DNA of 58,488 nt. Source: a virus. Lineage: Duplodnaviria > Caudoviricetes. Position 1 is the stretch's first letter; every line of letters starts with the position of its first letter. Below the pieces are notes generated by a model that was not told where the DNA came from, made no database searches, and saw only the letters and a program-made list of their open reading frames with translations. The stretch is from IMG/VR virus record IMGVR_UViG_3300032605_001675, positions 1 through 58,488 of that record. One strand, given 5' to 3'. This document shows, one piece after another, positions 19,590 through 27,727 of this stretch. Both the position numbers and the translations under genes were made by a program.

Positions 19590-20439
19590 TTAGGCCTTGG
19601 TTCTCATAGAAGTAACTAGCATTAGCAGGACTAAGGTACTGAGTCCACTTTTCGTATGGAACCTTACAAGCAGTTAGGTAGCAGGCAACATTATAGTGCA
19701 TAATATCTTCTCGTTCATAGGAGAAAGTAGCATCAAAGTCCAAACGAGGCCAGTCCTTGTCTCTACCAAATCGAATACCATTCTTTTCTACAATAAACTT
19801 AGTATCACAAGCATAGGGTGCTGTAGTATCATGACTCTGCACTAGACCTAATACCTGCTCGAACTGTGGATTACGGAATAGGGTATAGGGTTCTTCTACT
19901 TCTAGAGTCCCCAACATATGAACTCCAGTTCCATTACCATCAGTAAAGGTTGAACTACTAGCAAGGTACTCTAAGAATCCCAAACGCTTACCCCAACTGG
20001 GTAGTAATTCACTAGTAGCAGTAGAGATCATGGTATCATAGGTAACACCAATACGATCTACCATTCCACTTTCATCCCAGAAAGCATAACTAGCTAGACC
20101 CTTCTCCAAGGTCTTGGCCTGAATAACACTCATAAACTTACCCTGGTAACCAGAATCCTTCATCTGGTTATAGAAATCTACTCCACGCTTACGAGTCTTC
20201 TTGTCCTTATGAAGAACATCTGGAAGAATAATCCAATTGGGATTAAGAACTCCAGCAAGGTAGGCCAAACGAGCACCACCTTGACCCTCTCCTAGTTCAT
20301 CTGCTCCATTATCGAGAATTAGTTTATTAAGACTCCTATAGATCTCGAGAGTAGTTTTACTCTGCATCTCATGAGAGAGTGCATATCCTAGACCTACACG
20401 CTTAATATAACGATGAGGACTACCTAGATATAAATCCAT
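19576..20439 (-). CDS. TGT-fold transglycosylase, divergent DpdA-like (candidate 7-deazaguanine DNA insertion enzyme)
   Basis: Ordered TGT/DpdA-like motifs ILDNGA, ILPDV, VIQ, IGV, VHMLG, SHDTT; clusters with folE/queD/queE. Confidence 0.7.
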   Translation of the reverse strand: MDLYLGSPHRYIKRVGLGYALSHEMQSKTTLEIYRSLNKLILDNGADELGEGQGGARLAYLAGVLNPNWIILPDVLHKDKKTRKRGVDFYNQMKDSGYQGKFMSVIQAKTLEKGLASYAFWDESGMVDRIGVTYDTMISTATSELLPSWGKRLGFLEYLASSSTFTDGNGTGVHMLGTLEVEEPYTLFRNPQFEQVLGLVQSHDTTAPYACDTKFIVEKNGIRFGRDKDWPRLDFDATFSYEREDIMHYNVACYLTACKVPYEKWTQYLSPANASYFYENQGLSEHF

Positions 20440-20465
20440 TTTCTTTCCTTACTAGTATTAATTAT

Positions 20466-20494
20466 ATGTTAGTTGTTCTCAGACTCTTGTTCAA
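20466..20494 (-). promoter_or_regulatory. promoter TTGAAC-N17-TAACAT upstream of the dpdA-like gene
   Basis: 6-17-6 spacing; AAGGAAAG RBS follows. Confidence 0.45.
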
Positions 20495-21398
20495 GTCTTT
20501 TCTTTTCAGCTGCTTCAGCTTTCTTACGCTTGGCTGCTGCATTAGGGTCTGGATAGTCCATATACTTGATCTTAGTGGCCTTAAATCCTCTTTCAAGTTC
20601 ACAACTAAATGGGCTCCACTCTGGGAAGTTCCATTCACCACTAGAAAGAATATCCTTGACTGTAATCGAGTGATCATTTAGAGCGGCATAGGTATATATA
20701 TGAGCGAACTCAAACATATCTCTAAACTGTTCGGGGTCTGTAGTACCGGGGAAGATTCTAAACTCTACGGTTCCATACTTGAAAAGTGCTCGAACATTAA
20801 TACCAGCTCTAACAATTCCAATGTGGTAAAGTCTACGGTTGAGCTTTTCATTCCACATAAAGTGGCAATCATAAAAGTTCTTGGGGTCTGTAGAATTAAG
20901 AATATCAATTACACGATTTGGTGGAACTTTGGCCTTGCTCCAATAGGTTCTTTGATTCTTATACCACTTGGCCAGTTTAAAATCTTCTTTGACTGGATAC
21001 TCTTCTGCTGTAGGTTCGTGTAGTGGAATCATAGCGTAAACGTCATCTTGATTGGCCTGGGTATAGATAAAGAGTTGCTTTAAGGCATCCAGGTCATCTT
21101 TAAGACCCTCTACTCCAATATGAATGTGAATACTACAACGGTGGTTAATAGTAGGGTTATAAAGTTCTTTTAGTTCCTTAAAGATCTCTACTTGACGATC
21201 AATGGAGTCACTAGGAGCAGTATTGATCTCTCCACCAAAACTCCAAGTCTTACCACTGGGATCATTGGCATGACCATCTGAGTTAACTAGAGTAGCGTCC
21301 TTACCATCAAACTTACCCAACTCCACTGGAACTTTATTTCTGATATCAATATCAGCCCATTCAAGTTCTGCACCGTAGGTAAAGTGGTTATAGGACAT
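20469..21398 (-). CDS. putative amidoligase (COOH-NH2 ligase, glutamine synthetase/GCS-like fold)
   Basis: TYGAELE, GEINTAP, CSIHIHIG, GINV, GTVEFR.F.GT motifs of the phage amidoligase family. Confidence 0.8.
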   Translation of the reverse strand: MSYNHFTYGAELEWADIDIRNKVPVELGKFDGKDATLVNSDGHANDPSGKTWSFGGEINTAPSDSIDRQVEIFKELKELYNPTINHRCSIHIHIGVEGLKDDLDALKQLFIYTQANQDDVYAMIPLHEPTAEEYPVKEDFKLAKWYKNQRTYWSKAKVPPNRVIDILNSTDPKNFYDCHFMWNEKLNRRLYHIGIVRAGINVRALFKYGTVEFRIFPGTTDPEQFRDMFEFAHIYTYAALNDHSITVKDILSSGEWNFPEWSPFSCELERGFKATKIKYMDYPDPNAAAKRKKAEAAEKKRLEQESENN

Positions 21399-21406
21399 AA
21401 TTCTCC

Positions 21407-22474
21407 TTAGTTGGATAGCTCTAAATTATAGTTGTTTTGCATCTGTTCTACAAGCTTTTGCTGAGAAAGATTCTTGGCCTTACTCTCACACATAATATCA
21501 AAGTCATCATGGAAACTCCAGGCCCAACGATTGCTAGCATTATTCCAGTAGAAGTCACTATGTCCTCTAAGCTTGGGCTTATGCAGACCACGAGCTATAC
21601 TCTCAATAAAGTCAGGTTGCACTTCGGGATCATGATTAACGAAATGCTCTTCACGAGGACTAGAGTAATGGATAACCGGACGAACACCTCGCCAACTATC
21701 AATTGCCCTAAGCATACGAGGGTCATCAGGTTGAATATACTCACCGGTCTTGACCCAATGGTGATGAATATCAATTACTAGAGCAAGATCACGTTCTAGT
21801 TTAAGACTCTCATCAATACCCCAAGACATCTCATCATTCTCAATAGTCAAGCAATTCTTGGCTGTAGAACTAAGATAAGGAAGTGCTTGCTGAATACCAT
21901 AGGAACCCAACTGCCCGGCAATATGAACATTAATCTTGAGATCTTGGAACTCTTGACCGTAACCCATCCAGTAGGCCATATCGGCATGGTACTCAATCTC
22001 TTGGAGGCTACGCTCTCGAACATCAGCCCTATGGGAAGCTAATACAGTAAACTCACCAGGGTGGAAACTAAGTCTAATATCATGCTTTCTAGCATAATCG
22101 CCAATCTCACCAAAGCCTTCTTCAATCTTCTGTAGAATGCCCCAACGGTGATAGATTTCTTTCCAGTAAGGAATACTATACAGAGGAAGTAGATCACTGC
22201 CCAATCTAACCATATGATAGATCTCATCACGAGCAGCAGTACGCTCTAGTAATAGTTTAACACTATTAATATTATGCTCCATAACCTCAATGAGTTTCAT
22301 ATCGGCTTTATGGCCTAAATTTTTCTGCATCCAGGTTAGAGTTAGGCTACGGGTATTAAGAGACTTGGCCTCATCCTTACTACCAATACCATCAATCTGG
22401 CCTTCGTGGTCAATCCACTTACAGGCAAATCCTACTCGCTTCTTAGTCATGTCTAATACCATGCTCATCATCAA
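21407..22474 (-). CDS. uvsE: UV-damage endonuclease (UVDE)
   Basis: GFAC, RLGSDLLP, RLSFHPGEF, NVH, IENDE, DIHHH, HYS, HSD, DIMCESKAK. Confidence 0.93.
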   Translation of the reverse strand: MMMSMVLDMTKKRVGFACKWIDHEGQIDGIGSKDEAKSLNTRSLTLTWMQKNLGHKADMKLIEVMEHNINSVKLLLERTAARDEIYHMVRLGSDLLPLYSIPYWKEIYHRWGILQKIEEGFGEIGDYARKHDIRLSFHPGEFTVLASHRADVRERSLQEIEYHADMAYWMGYGQEFQDLKINVHIAGQLGSYGIQQALPYLSSTAKNCLTIENDEMSWGIDESLKLERDLALVIDIHHHWVKTGEYIQPDDPRMLRAIDSWRGVRPVIHYSSPREEHFVNHDPEVQPDFIESIARGLHKPKLRGHSDFYWNNASNRWAWSFHDDFDIMCESKAKNLSQQKLVEQMQNNYNLELSN

Positions 22475-22742
22475 TTTTCTTGTGCTCTTGCTTGATACGA
22501 ATCTTAGCCCAGTTATAACTTACCATAAGAATAATAATATTCTCAATAGAAGAGTAAAACAACTCGGAACTAGCATGAGGGGCATCGGTAATCAGTCCTA
22601 TTGCTTTCTGGAAATAACCAGAGTTACTAGACTGCTCTCCTACCCAACTGGGATGTACTAAATGCATTAGTCCGATAACGGCTAATACCACTACTATTAC
22701 TATTCCTGGAACTGCTAGGAATATCTTACTATTTTTATTCAC
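22443..22742 (-). CDS. hypothetical membrane protein
   Basis: N-terminal TM segment; ORF track. Confidence 0.55.
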   Translation of the reverse strand: MNKNSKIFLAVPGIVIVVVLAVIGLMHLVHPSWVGEQSSNSGYFQKAIGLITDAPHASSELFYSSIENIIILMVSYNWAKIRIKQEHKKIDDEHGIRHD

Positions 22743-23147
22743 TTACTTATCCTTTTTAGCGGACTCTCGCTCTGCTAGTCCATCTCGGATACCGTAGTAA
22801 CCTCTACGAACCTTAACAAAGTAATCAGGATTCTCTTTAATTGATTTTATAGCCGTATCGTAGCTACAATCAAGACTTTTAGCAATTTCTGTTGTTCCAA
22901 ATTCTTTGCCTAGGTTCTTAAGTGCCCATTCACGAAGTTGGGTACTCTTATCTACTCGAACTCTCTTTTCAAGTTCTGGAGTTTCTCCAGTTAGTTCCTC
23001 GATTAGAGTTTTAGCAACCATATGAGTAACTAGAGCACTAACTACATTCTCTCCAGCTCTCTTGGCCTTATCGATAATCCATTCAGCTCTTAAACGCTCA
23101 CTACGATCAAAGTTGGCATTGTAGTCTACTTTTTCTTGGCTTTCCAA
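22743..23147 (-). CDS. winged-helix DNA-binding-like protein
   Basis: TTEIAKSLDCSYDTAIK HTH followed by FVKVRRGYY wing. Confidence 0.55.
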   Translation of the reverse strand: MESQEKVDYNANFDRSERLRAEWIIDKAKRAGENVVSALVTHMVAKTLIEELTGETPELEKRVRVDKSTQLREWALKNLGKEFGTTEIAKSLDCSYDTAIKSIKENPDYFVKVRRGYYGIRDGLAERESAKKDK

Positions 23148-23743
23148 CTCTGGACTTCCTTCCTAAAGTAAGGTTCCCATAATTCTAGATCAGTAGGCAT
23201 AGTTTTAATCTTGTGACTTCTCTTATAGGTCTTTAGAGTTTCCTTAACGGTATTATCAATCTCTAGTTGATAATCCTTACTACCCGGACGAGTTCCATCA
23301 TCCTCCACCGGACGATCATCAGCAGGGATAAAGTAGATAAGGTCCCAGTAGTTATTAAACTCCCAGTTCATTTCCATCTGACATACTCTTAGGGTATGAG
23401 TAGCATCTCCACCTAGAGTATTCTTTCGGGCCTTGTAGAGTTGATAAGCGGTCTCATCTAGAGCCCATCGTTCACTGATAACATAATCAGCACTCATGGC
23501 TCCTTTGGCCAGCATCATCTTTCTACGTTCGTAGATACAGGCTAGTTGGAAGGAGTTTTCTTCTGGGGAAAGTACCGGTCCAGAATCTCCTGAGCCACTA
23601 CGCCCCCAAGTGAGAACGCTACGAGTAACACTTCCAAGAGGAGCAATAGAAGTTCCTTCCATCTCTTCATTAAGAACCCTCCTTAAGATTTTAGCAGCAG
23701 TGGTCTTTCCAGTTCCATGACTACCGGTAAATGCTATTCTCAT
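23126..23743 (-). CDS. P-loop nucleotide kinase (NadR/AAA_28-like, dNMP kinase-like)
   Basis: RIAFTGSHGTGKTT, ISER..LD..AY, WDLIYF, EDDGTR. Confidence 0.8.
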   Translation of the reverse strand: MRIAFTGSHGTGKTTAAKILRRVLNEEMEGTSIAPLGSVTRSVLTWGRSGSGDSGPVLSPEENSFQLACIYERRKMMLAKGAMSADYVISERWALDETAYQLYKARKNTLGGDATHTLRVCQMEMNWEFNNYWDLIYFIPADDRPVEDDGTRPGSKDYQLEIDNTVKETLKTYKRSHKIKTMPTDLELWEPYFRKEVQSWKAKKK

Positions 23744-24087
23744 CCCTTACGATACTTCTTTCTATGTCTCTTGACTGGTTCCTTGAAGGCATCCACTCTC
23801 AAAGTAATTAATCTCAACTGCCTATCGGTCATCTTGTTCTGCCTTCTAAGAGCATGAGCAATCTTTGCAATATCGTTTAAGCTGAACCTTCTGTCTCCAC
23901 CAGGAGTCCTTATTATAGTAATAGGACTACCATCCTTTTCAACCCAATAACCCAATTCTTCTTTTTTACGAAAGGACTGTGGTGTTAGGTCAAAGAAGGC
24001 TGCTGCCATACCCATAGTAAATACTGGGTCGTTATCTCTACGAACTACTCGTTCCCATTTCTGTCTCTCACTTGGCTGATCGGACAT
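23740..24087 (-). CDS. MerR-like helix-turn-helix protein
   Basis: FTMGMAAAFFD.TPQSFR...RTPGGDRRFS..DI. Confidence 0.75.
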   Translation of the reverse strand: MSDQPSERQKWERVVRRDNDPVFTMGMAAAFFDLTPQSFRKKEELGYWVEKDGSPITIIRTPGGDRRFSLNDIAKIAHALRRQNKMTDRQLRLITLRVDAFKEPVKRHRKKYRKG

Positions 24088-24727
24088 AGAATGCAGTTCG
24101 AGTCTTTCCTGGAGTTGTTGCTTTAATAATCTGTTCCATACCCAGGTTACCCAACTTGAGTTGCTTTTCTAAGGCATCCTCATTGAGTTCATAGAAGTCT
24201 TCCAATTCCTTGGAAATCTTACCATCAGGATATACAGTCATACGCTCTACAGTGATGTGGTTGGTAACACTAGAGAACTCTTCAAAGGATAGAATCTCCT
24301 TGAGTAATTCTACATCTACTGTAAGCTTACCACCGGTTACTTCCTTACTGAGTTTAACTCCATTTTCTGCACTAACTAGAAATCCACTAGCACCAGCGGG
24401 GTCTTCACCTTGCATGGAAATCTTAATGTCGATTGATTCCGTAGCATACTTCTTAAGTGCACTCTCACGGCCTTCAATAACATCCTTGGCATTACGTACG
24501 GCAATAAGCTCTGTAGCTAGAAAATCTACCTCGGTGGCTCCTAGTAGGTGAGGCTCACTAATATCTGTAGTACCCAGTACCTCTACTAGATCTAGAAAAA
24601 CTCCAGCATCAGCATCAGTGGCACTTCGTTCACGAATTTCTGTTCGTGTGGGTGGTTTAATGCTTCGTTCAAAAGTGGGTTCAACTACTTCACGTAGTAA
24701 ATGTGTATTGGATACTAACTTGTCCAT
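24068..24727 (-). CDS. hypothetical protein
   Basis: 219 aa ORF with AAGGAAG RBS and an upstream promoter. Confidence 0.65.
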   Translation of the reverse strand: MDKLVSNTHLLREVVEPTFERSIKPPTRTEIRERSATDADAGVFLDLVEVLGTTDISEPHLLGATEVDFLATELIAVRNAKDVIEGRESALKKYATESIDIKISMQGEDPAGASGFLVSAENGVKLSKEVTGGKLTVDVELLKEILSFEEFSSVTNHITVERMTVYPDGKISKELEDFYELNEDALEKQLKLGNLGMEQIIKATTPGKTRTAFYVRSAK

Positions 24728-24758
24728 AATCTTCCTTTAACTAAATCTACTAATAATT

Positions 24759-24787
24759 ATGTTAATAACTCTAGAAGAGAAAATCAA
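24759..24787 (-). promoter_or_regulatory. promoter TTGATT-N17-TAACAT
   Basis: 6-17-6 spacing; -35 overlaps the upstream TGA stop. Confidence 0.6.
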
Positions 24788-25356
24788 CTCTTTTTAATTT
24801 CTAAACTCTTACTGGTAACATAATAGATGTCTCCACCTACTCCCATTGCCGTCTTTGTAGCGTTCTTGGCAGCCTTGATAACATCATTCTTGGTCCAGGG
24901 ACCTTCATCTCCTAGACTACCAAATGCCTCACTGCCACCGGAACCCATGGCCCATCTGTTGCTTATGGGAATAGTGATACTAAAGTCTTCATCAATGGCT
25001 ATAAGGTGATTGTCCCAGGCCATAATGAGTCCGGCACCAAAGGTTTCAATCTTCTTAGAGCTCTCTAGTGCACCGTGGTCGCTTAGTGCATCACGAAGTG
25101 CAGGAACAATCTCTTTGATGACAAAACGTTCTACATCATCTCGGTGATAATCACGAAATTCGGGCCAATCGGTCCAATGTTGGATTACCTGCATCGCTCG
25201 TATGCTTCCACATCCGCCAAAGATGTATCTACGGTCCTTTTCAACCCATAGTTTGCCACTGCCTTCATCGCTCTTGCTGTAGTCCCAGGAGATCTGAGAG
25301 TCAGCAGCAATCACTACACCATCTAGTCTGGTTACAGCAGCAGCAAGTACAGTCAT
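24784..25356 (-). CDS. HslV/proteasome-beta-like Ntn hydrolase
   Basis: N-terminal MT (Thr nucleophile), IAADS, K, AMGSGG..A.G. Confidence 0.8.
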   Translation of the reverse strand: MTVLAAAVTRLDGVVIAADSQISWDYSKSDEGSGKLWVEKDRRYIFGGCGSIRAMQVIQHWTDWPEFRDYHRDDVERFVIKEIVPALRDALSDHGALESSKKIETFGAGLIMAWDNHLIAIDEDFSITIPISNRWAMGSGGSEAFGSLGDEGPWTKNDVIKAAKNATKTAMGVGGDIYYVTSKSLEIKKS

Positions 25357-25502
25357 TAGTGGTTATCCTCATCGGCGGGTTCAGCTTCATGGGGACCATG
25401 TGGGTTCAAATGCATCCAGGGATCGTCATCCCCGATCATGTCCCAGTTGCCGTTTCTGGTATAACGTACGATGGGTTCACCACAGTGCTTACATTCTCTC
25501 AC
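25356..25502 (-). CDS. small CxxC protein (CxxC...WxH...AEP family)
   Basis: Manual translation MRECKHCGEPI...WMH...HEAEP. Confidence 0.5.
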   Translation of the reverse strand: MRECKHCGEPIVRYTRNGNWDMIGDDDPWMHLNPHGPHEAEPADEDNH

Positions 25503-25729
25503 TTTGCCAACCTATAGTCGATGATGTCCAAATGCTCTTGGATGATTTCCCATAAACGTTCAACGGCACTGTCAAACCCTTCATTAAAGCCCCGTTCGAA
25601 ATCATTCTCGGCACCTGCCTCTTTCATTGCTGAGTTAGCTCTACTCATTCGTTCATACACTGTATTGAGTACAAGTTCTTCAATGCGATTAAGCATCATT
25701 CTTGAGTTAATTTCTTCTTGACTTCTCAC
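25499..25729 (-). CDS. hypothetical protein
   Basis: ORF track; 4-nt overlaps on both sides. Confidence 0.55.
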   Translation of the reverse strand: MRSQEEINSRMMLNRIEELVLNTVYERMSRANSAMKEAGAENDFERGFNEGFDSAVERLWEIIQEHLDIIDYRLAK

Positions 25730-26295
25730 TTGTATACTCCACTCCTAAGTAGATAGTTTAGTGACTCCTGATAGTCTAGGAACTGAATTAAATCACAGGG
25801 CCATTTGATATTAAGGGAACCACCAGGGGCCGCACAACCTCGACAATAACGAACAGGCTCAGTCTGTCCCTGGCTCAGCTCAAGTGGTGAATGTTTTAGT
25901 CTTAGTTCTTCATCTATGGAATTACCTGCTGATTCCGGTGGGACATCAAGAGAATAGACAGATGGAAATACATTCATTTTTGTTTTTAAGGGTTCTTCGG
26001 GGGTCATAGTTCGCTCTCCGCACTTGGGGCAGTAGTCGTACTGCCATCCTGGATAATAATCCCTAATAACTTCTAAGTGTTTGCAGGGTTCTTCGGGGGT
26101 CATAGTTCGCTCTCCGCACTTGGGGCAGTAGTCGTACTGCCATCCTGGATAATAATCCCTAATAACTTCTAAGTGTTTGCAGGGTTCTTCGGGGGTCATA
26201 GTTCGCTCTCCGCACTTGGGGCAGTAGTCGTACTGCCATCCTGGATAATAATCCCTAATAACTTCTAAGTGTTTGCAGGGTTCTTCGGGGGTCAT
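25726..26295 (-). CDS. repeat-containing Cys-rich protein (3 x 32-aa CxH...CPKC units plus H-CxxC-WPC domain)
   Basis: ORF track; likely start at MTPEE (26295). Confidence 0.6.
   Translation of the reverse strand: MTPEEPCKHLEVIRDYYPGWQYDYCPKCGERTMTPEEPCKHLEVIRDYYPGWQYDYCPKCGERTMTPEEPCKHLEVIRDYYPGWQYDYCPKCGERTMTPEEPLKTKMNVFPSVYSLDVPPESAGNSIDEELRLKHSPLELSQGQTEPVRYCRGCAAPGGSLNIKWPCDLIQFLDYQESLNYLLRSGVYK
25989..26295. repeat. perfect 96-bp tandem repeat, 3 copies plus partial
   Basis: gggggtcat with the cat at 26005, 26101, 26197, 26293 (96-bp period); copies identical by eye. Confidence 0.95.
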
Positions 26296-26489
26296 CAATA
26301 CCAAATCCCCTCAAAATGGGCGGTTAGGCCCTTTAGTTCCTCAAGCACTTCATCGGCCCAGTCCAGTGCTTTTATTACGTCACAGGGGTAGGGGATGCGC
26401 ATCTCTTTGTAGTGGCTTCGACAAACATTGCAGTAGCCATCTTCGTTGGAGTGCCTCTCTCGTAAGCCTTGGCGTTCTTCGGGAGTCAT
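26295..26489 (-). CDS. MTPEER-family cassette protein (H...CxxC...YPCDVI)
   Basis: Start reassigned to MTPEERQ; TGATG coupling with the downstream gene. Confidence 0.6.
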   Translation of the reverse strand: MTPEERQGLRERHSNEDGYCNVCRSHYKEMRIPYPCDVIKALDWADEVLEELKGLTAHFEGIWY

Positions 26490-26617
26490 ACTGGCTCTGC
26501 CTTGGTCGGGGCCTTGCAGAATATGGCCTTGCTTCGTTTGTGATACCAAATGCGCACTGAGCGCCCTGATGGTGTCAGTTTGATTTTCTTACCGCAGTTT
26601 CGGCAACGTGCTTTCAT
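26486..26617 (-). CDS. small CxxC protein (CxxC...WxH...AEP family)
   Basis: Manual translation MKARCRNCGKKIKL...IWYH...C...AEPV. Confidence 0.5.
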   Translation of the reverse strand: MKARCRNCGKKIKLTPSGRSVRIWYHKRSKAIFCKAPTKAEPV

Positions 26618-26681
26618 CGTTTCCTCATATTATTTAGGGCAGTTACTGCCACCAACGTCATTGTTACTGCAAAAAGTACGC

Positions 26682-26861
26682 TCATATGGCTAGCACTCTC
26701 TCTAGTTCGTCCAGTACCTTGATTACGTCACAGGGGGACCCAATACATCCGGCTTCACAGGTTTCAATTAGTGTGCCTTCACAGCAACTGCAACCGGGGT
26801 TATCCCACCAACTTGCATCAGCGTGGTTCTCTCGTAGTTCTTGGCGTTCTTCGGGGGTCAT
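26682..26861 (-). CDS. MTPEER-family cassette protein
   Basis: MTPEERQELRENH...CSCC...SPCDVIKVLD; ATGA coupling. Confidence 0.6.
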   Translation of the reverse strand: MTPEERQELRENHADASWWDNPGCSCCEGTLIETCEAGCIGSPCDVIKVLDELERVLAI

Positions 26862-27190
26862 AACTTCTCTCCACACTTGGGGCAGTAAATATAGACTGGT
26901 TGTTTATGGTCACACCAGCAGGACTTAGCATAGGTATGGTCACAGTTGGAATCTAATTCGTCTAATCCACTTCTCATTAGTTCTTGGTTCAACTGAAAAA
27001 TGATTTGGTATTGCTTTTCAAGCAGTTCGTAGTCTTCTAAAACCTTGATTACGTCGCAGGGGTATGGTTGTCTATCGTCCTCAATATAGTCGCCACATCC
27101 GAGACAGTAAGGGGAAATTTCTTTACCACTACTTGTTCCAGTAACCTTTACATGGATATCTCGTAAGGCTTGGCGTTCTTCGGGGGTCAT
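26858..27190 (-). CDS. MTPEER-family cassette protein with C-terminal CxH...CPKCGEKL
   Basis: MTPEERQALRDIH...CLGC...YPCDVIKVLE...CDH...YCPKCGEKL. Confidence 0.65.
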   Translation of the reverse strand: MTPEERQALRDIHVKVTGTSSGKEISPYCLGCGDYIEDDRQPYPCDVIKVLEDYELLEKQYQIIFQLNQELMRSGLDELDSNCDHTYAKSCWCDHKQPVYIYCPKCGEKL

Positions 27191-27435
27191 AGTTTCTCTC
27201 CACAAATCGGGCAGTAGTTGAAGGTAATATAGTCCCAGTCTTTAGCAATTTCGGTTAGGTGTTCGCAAACTGGGACCAACTCATAAAGATATTCTTCATC
27301 TCGGAGAAAGGTATCTTCATCATCTTCCCCACTGTTTACCGTATATACCACATCAATCCCTGTAATGGTACACTCACCCCAAGTTGGGTGCCTCACCCTA
27401 TCACCAACGTCAAACTTTGTGTCTTCTATTTTCAT
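27187..27435 (-). CDS. cassette protein, SH3/KOW-like N-terminus plus CEH...YCPICGEKL
   Basis: KFDVGDRVRHPTWGE; ATGA coupling at both ends. Confidence 0.6.
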   Translation of the reverse strand: MKIEDTKFDVGDRVRHPTWGECTITGIDVVYTVNSGEDDEDTFLRDEEYLYELVPVCEHLTEIAKDWDYITFNYCPICGEKL

Positions 27436-27722
27436 AGTTTCTCTCCGCACTTGGGGCAGTAGTTGAAGTTGATACCAACTGGGTCGGTTCCGCGAAGAAC
27501 GAGGGCGATGGCGTGGTCGCAGTCAACTGATAATAAGTTGTCGTTTAGACCGCTAACCGATACTTTATTGTCGATAACGGGTTCGGTTGCGTCCAGTGCT
27601 TTTATTACGTCACAGGGGTAGTTTGACAAACAATCATCTGCCATACATTCAGGGGTGCAACACTCAAAAGATTCTGATGAATAGTGCTTTTCTCGTAAGG
27701 CTTTACGTTCTTCGGGGGTCAT
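27432..27722 (-). CDS. MTPEER-family cassette protein with C-terminal CPKCGEKL
   Basis: MTPEERKALREKH...YPCDVIKALD...CDH...NYCPKCGEKL. Confidence 0.65.
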   Translation of the reverse strand: MTPEERKALREKHYSSESFECCTPECMADDCLSNYPCDVIKALDATEPVIDNKVSVSGLNDNLLSVDCDHAIALVLRGTDPVGINFNYCPKCGEKL

Positions 27723-27727
27723 AATTT

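Noticed and set aside
19576-20439. Canonical tRNA-guanine transglycosylase (tgt)
   Set aside because: Lacks the TPxFMPVGT start and the Zn-binding CxCxxC...H; shorter and more like phage DpdA-type proteins
25989-26295. CRISPR array
   Set aside because: Units are identical 96-bp repeats with no unique spacers, are protein-coding in frame, and there is no cas operon
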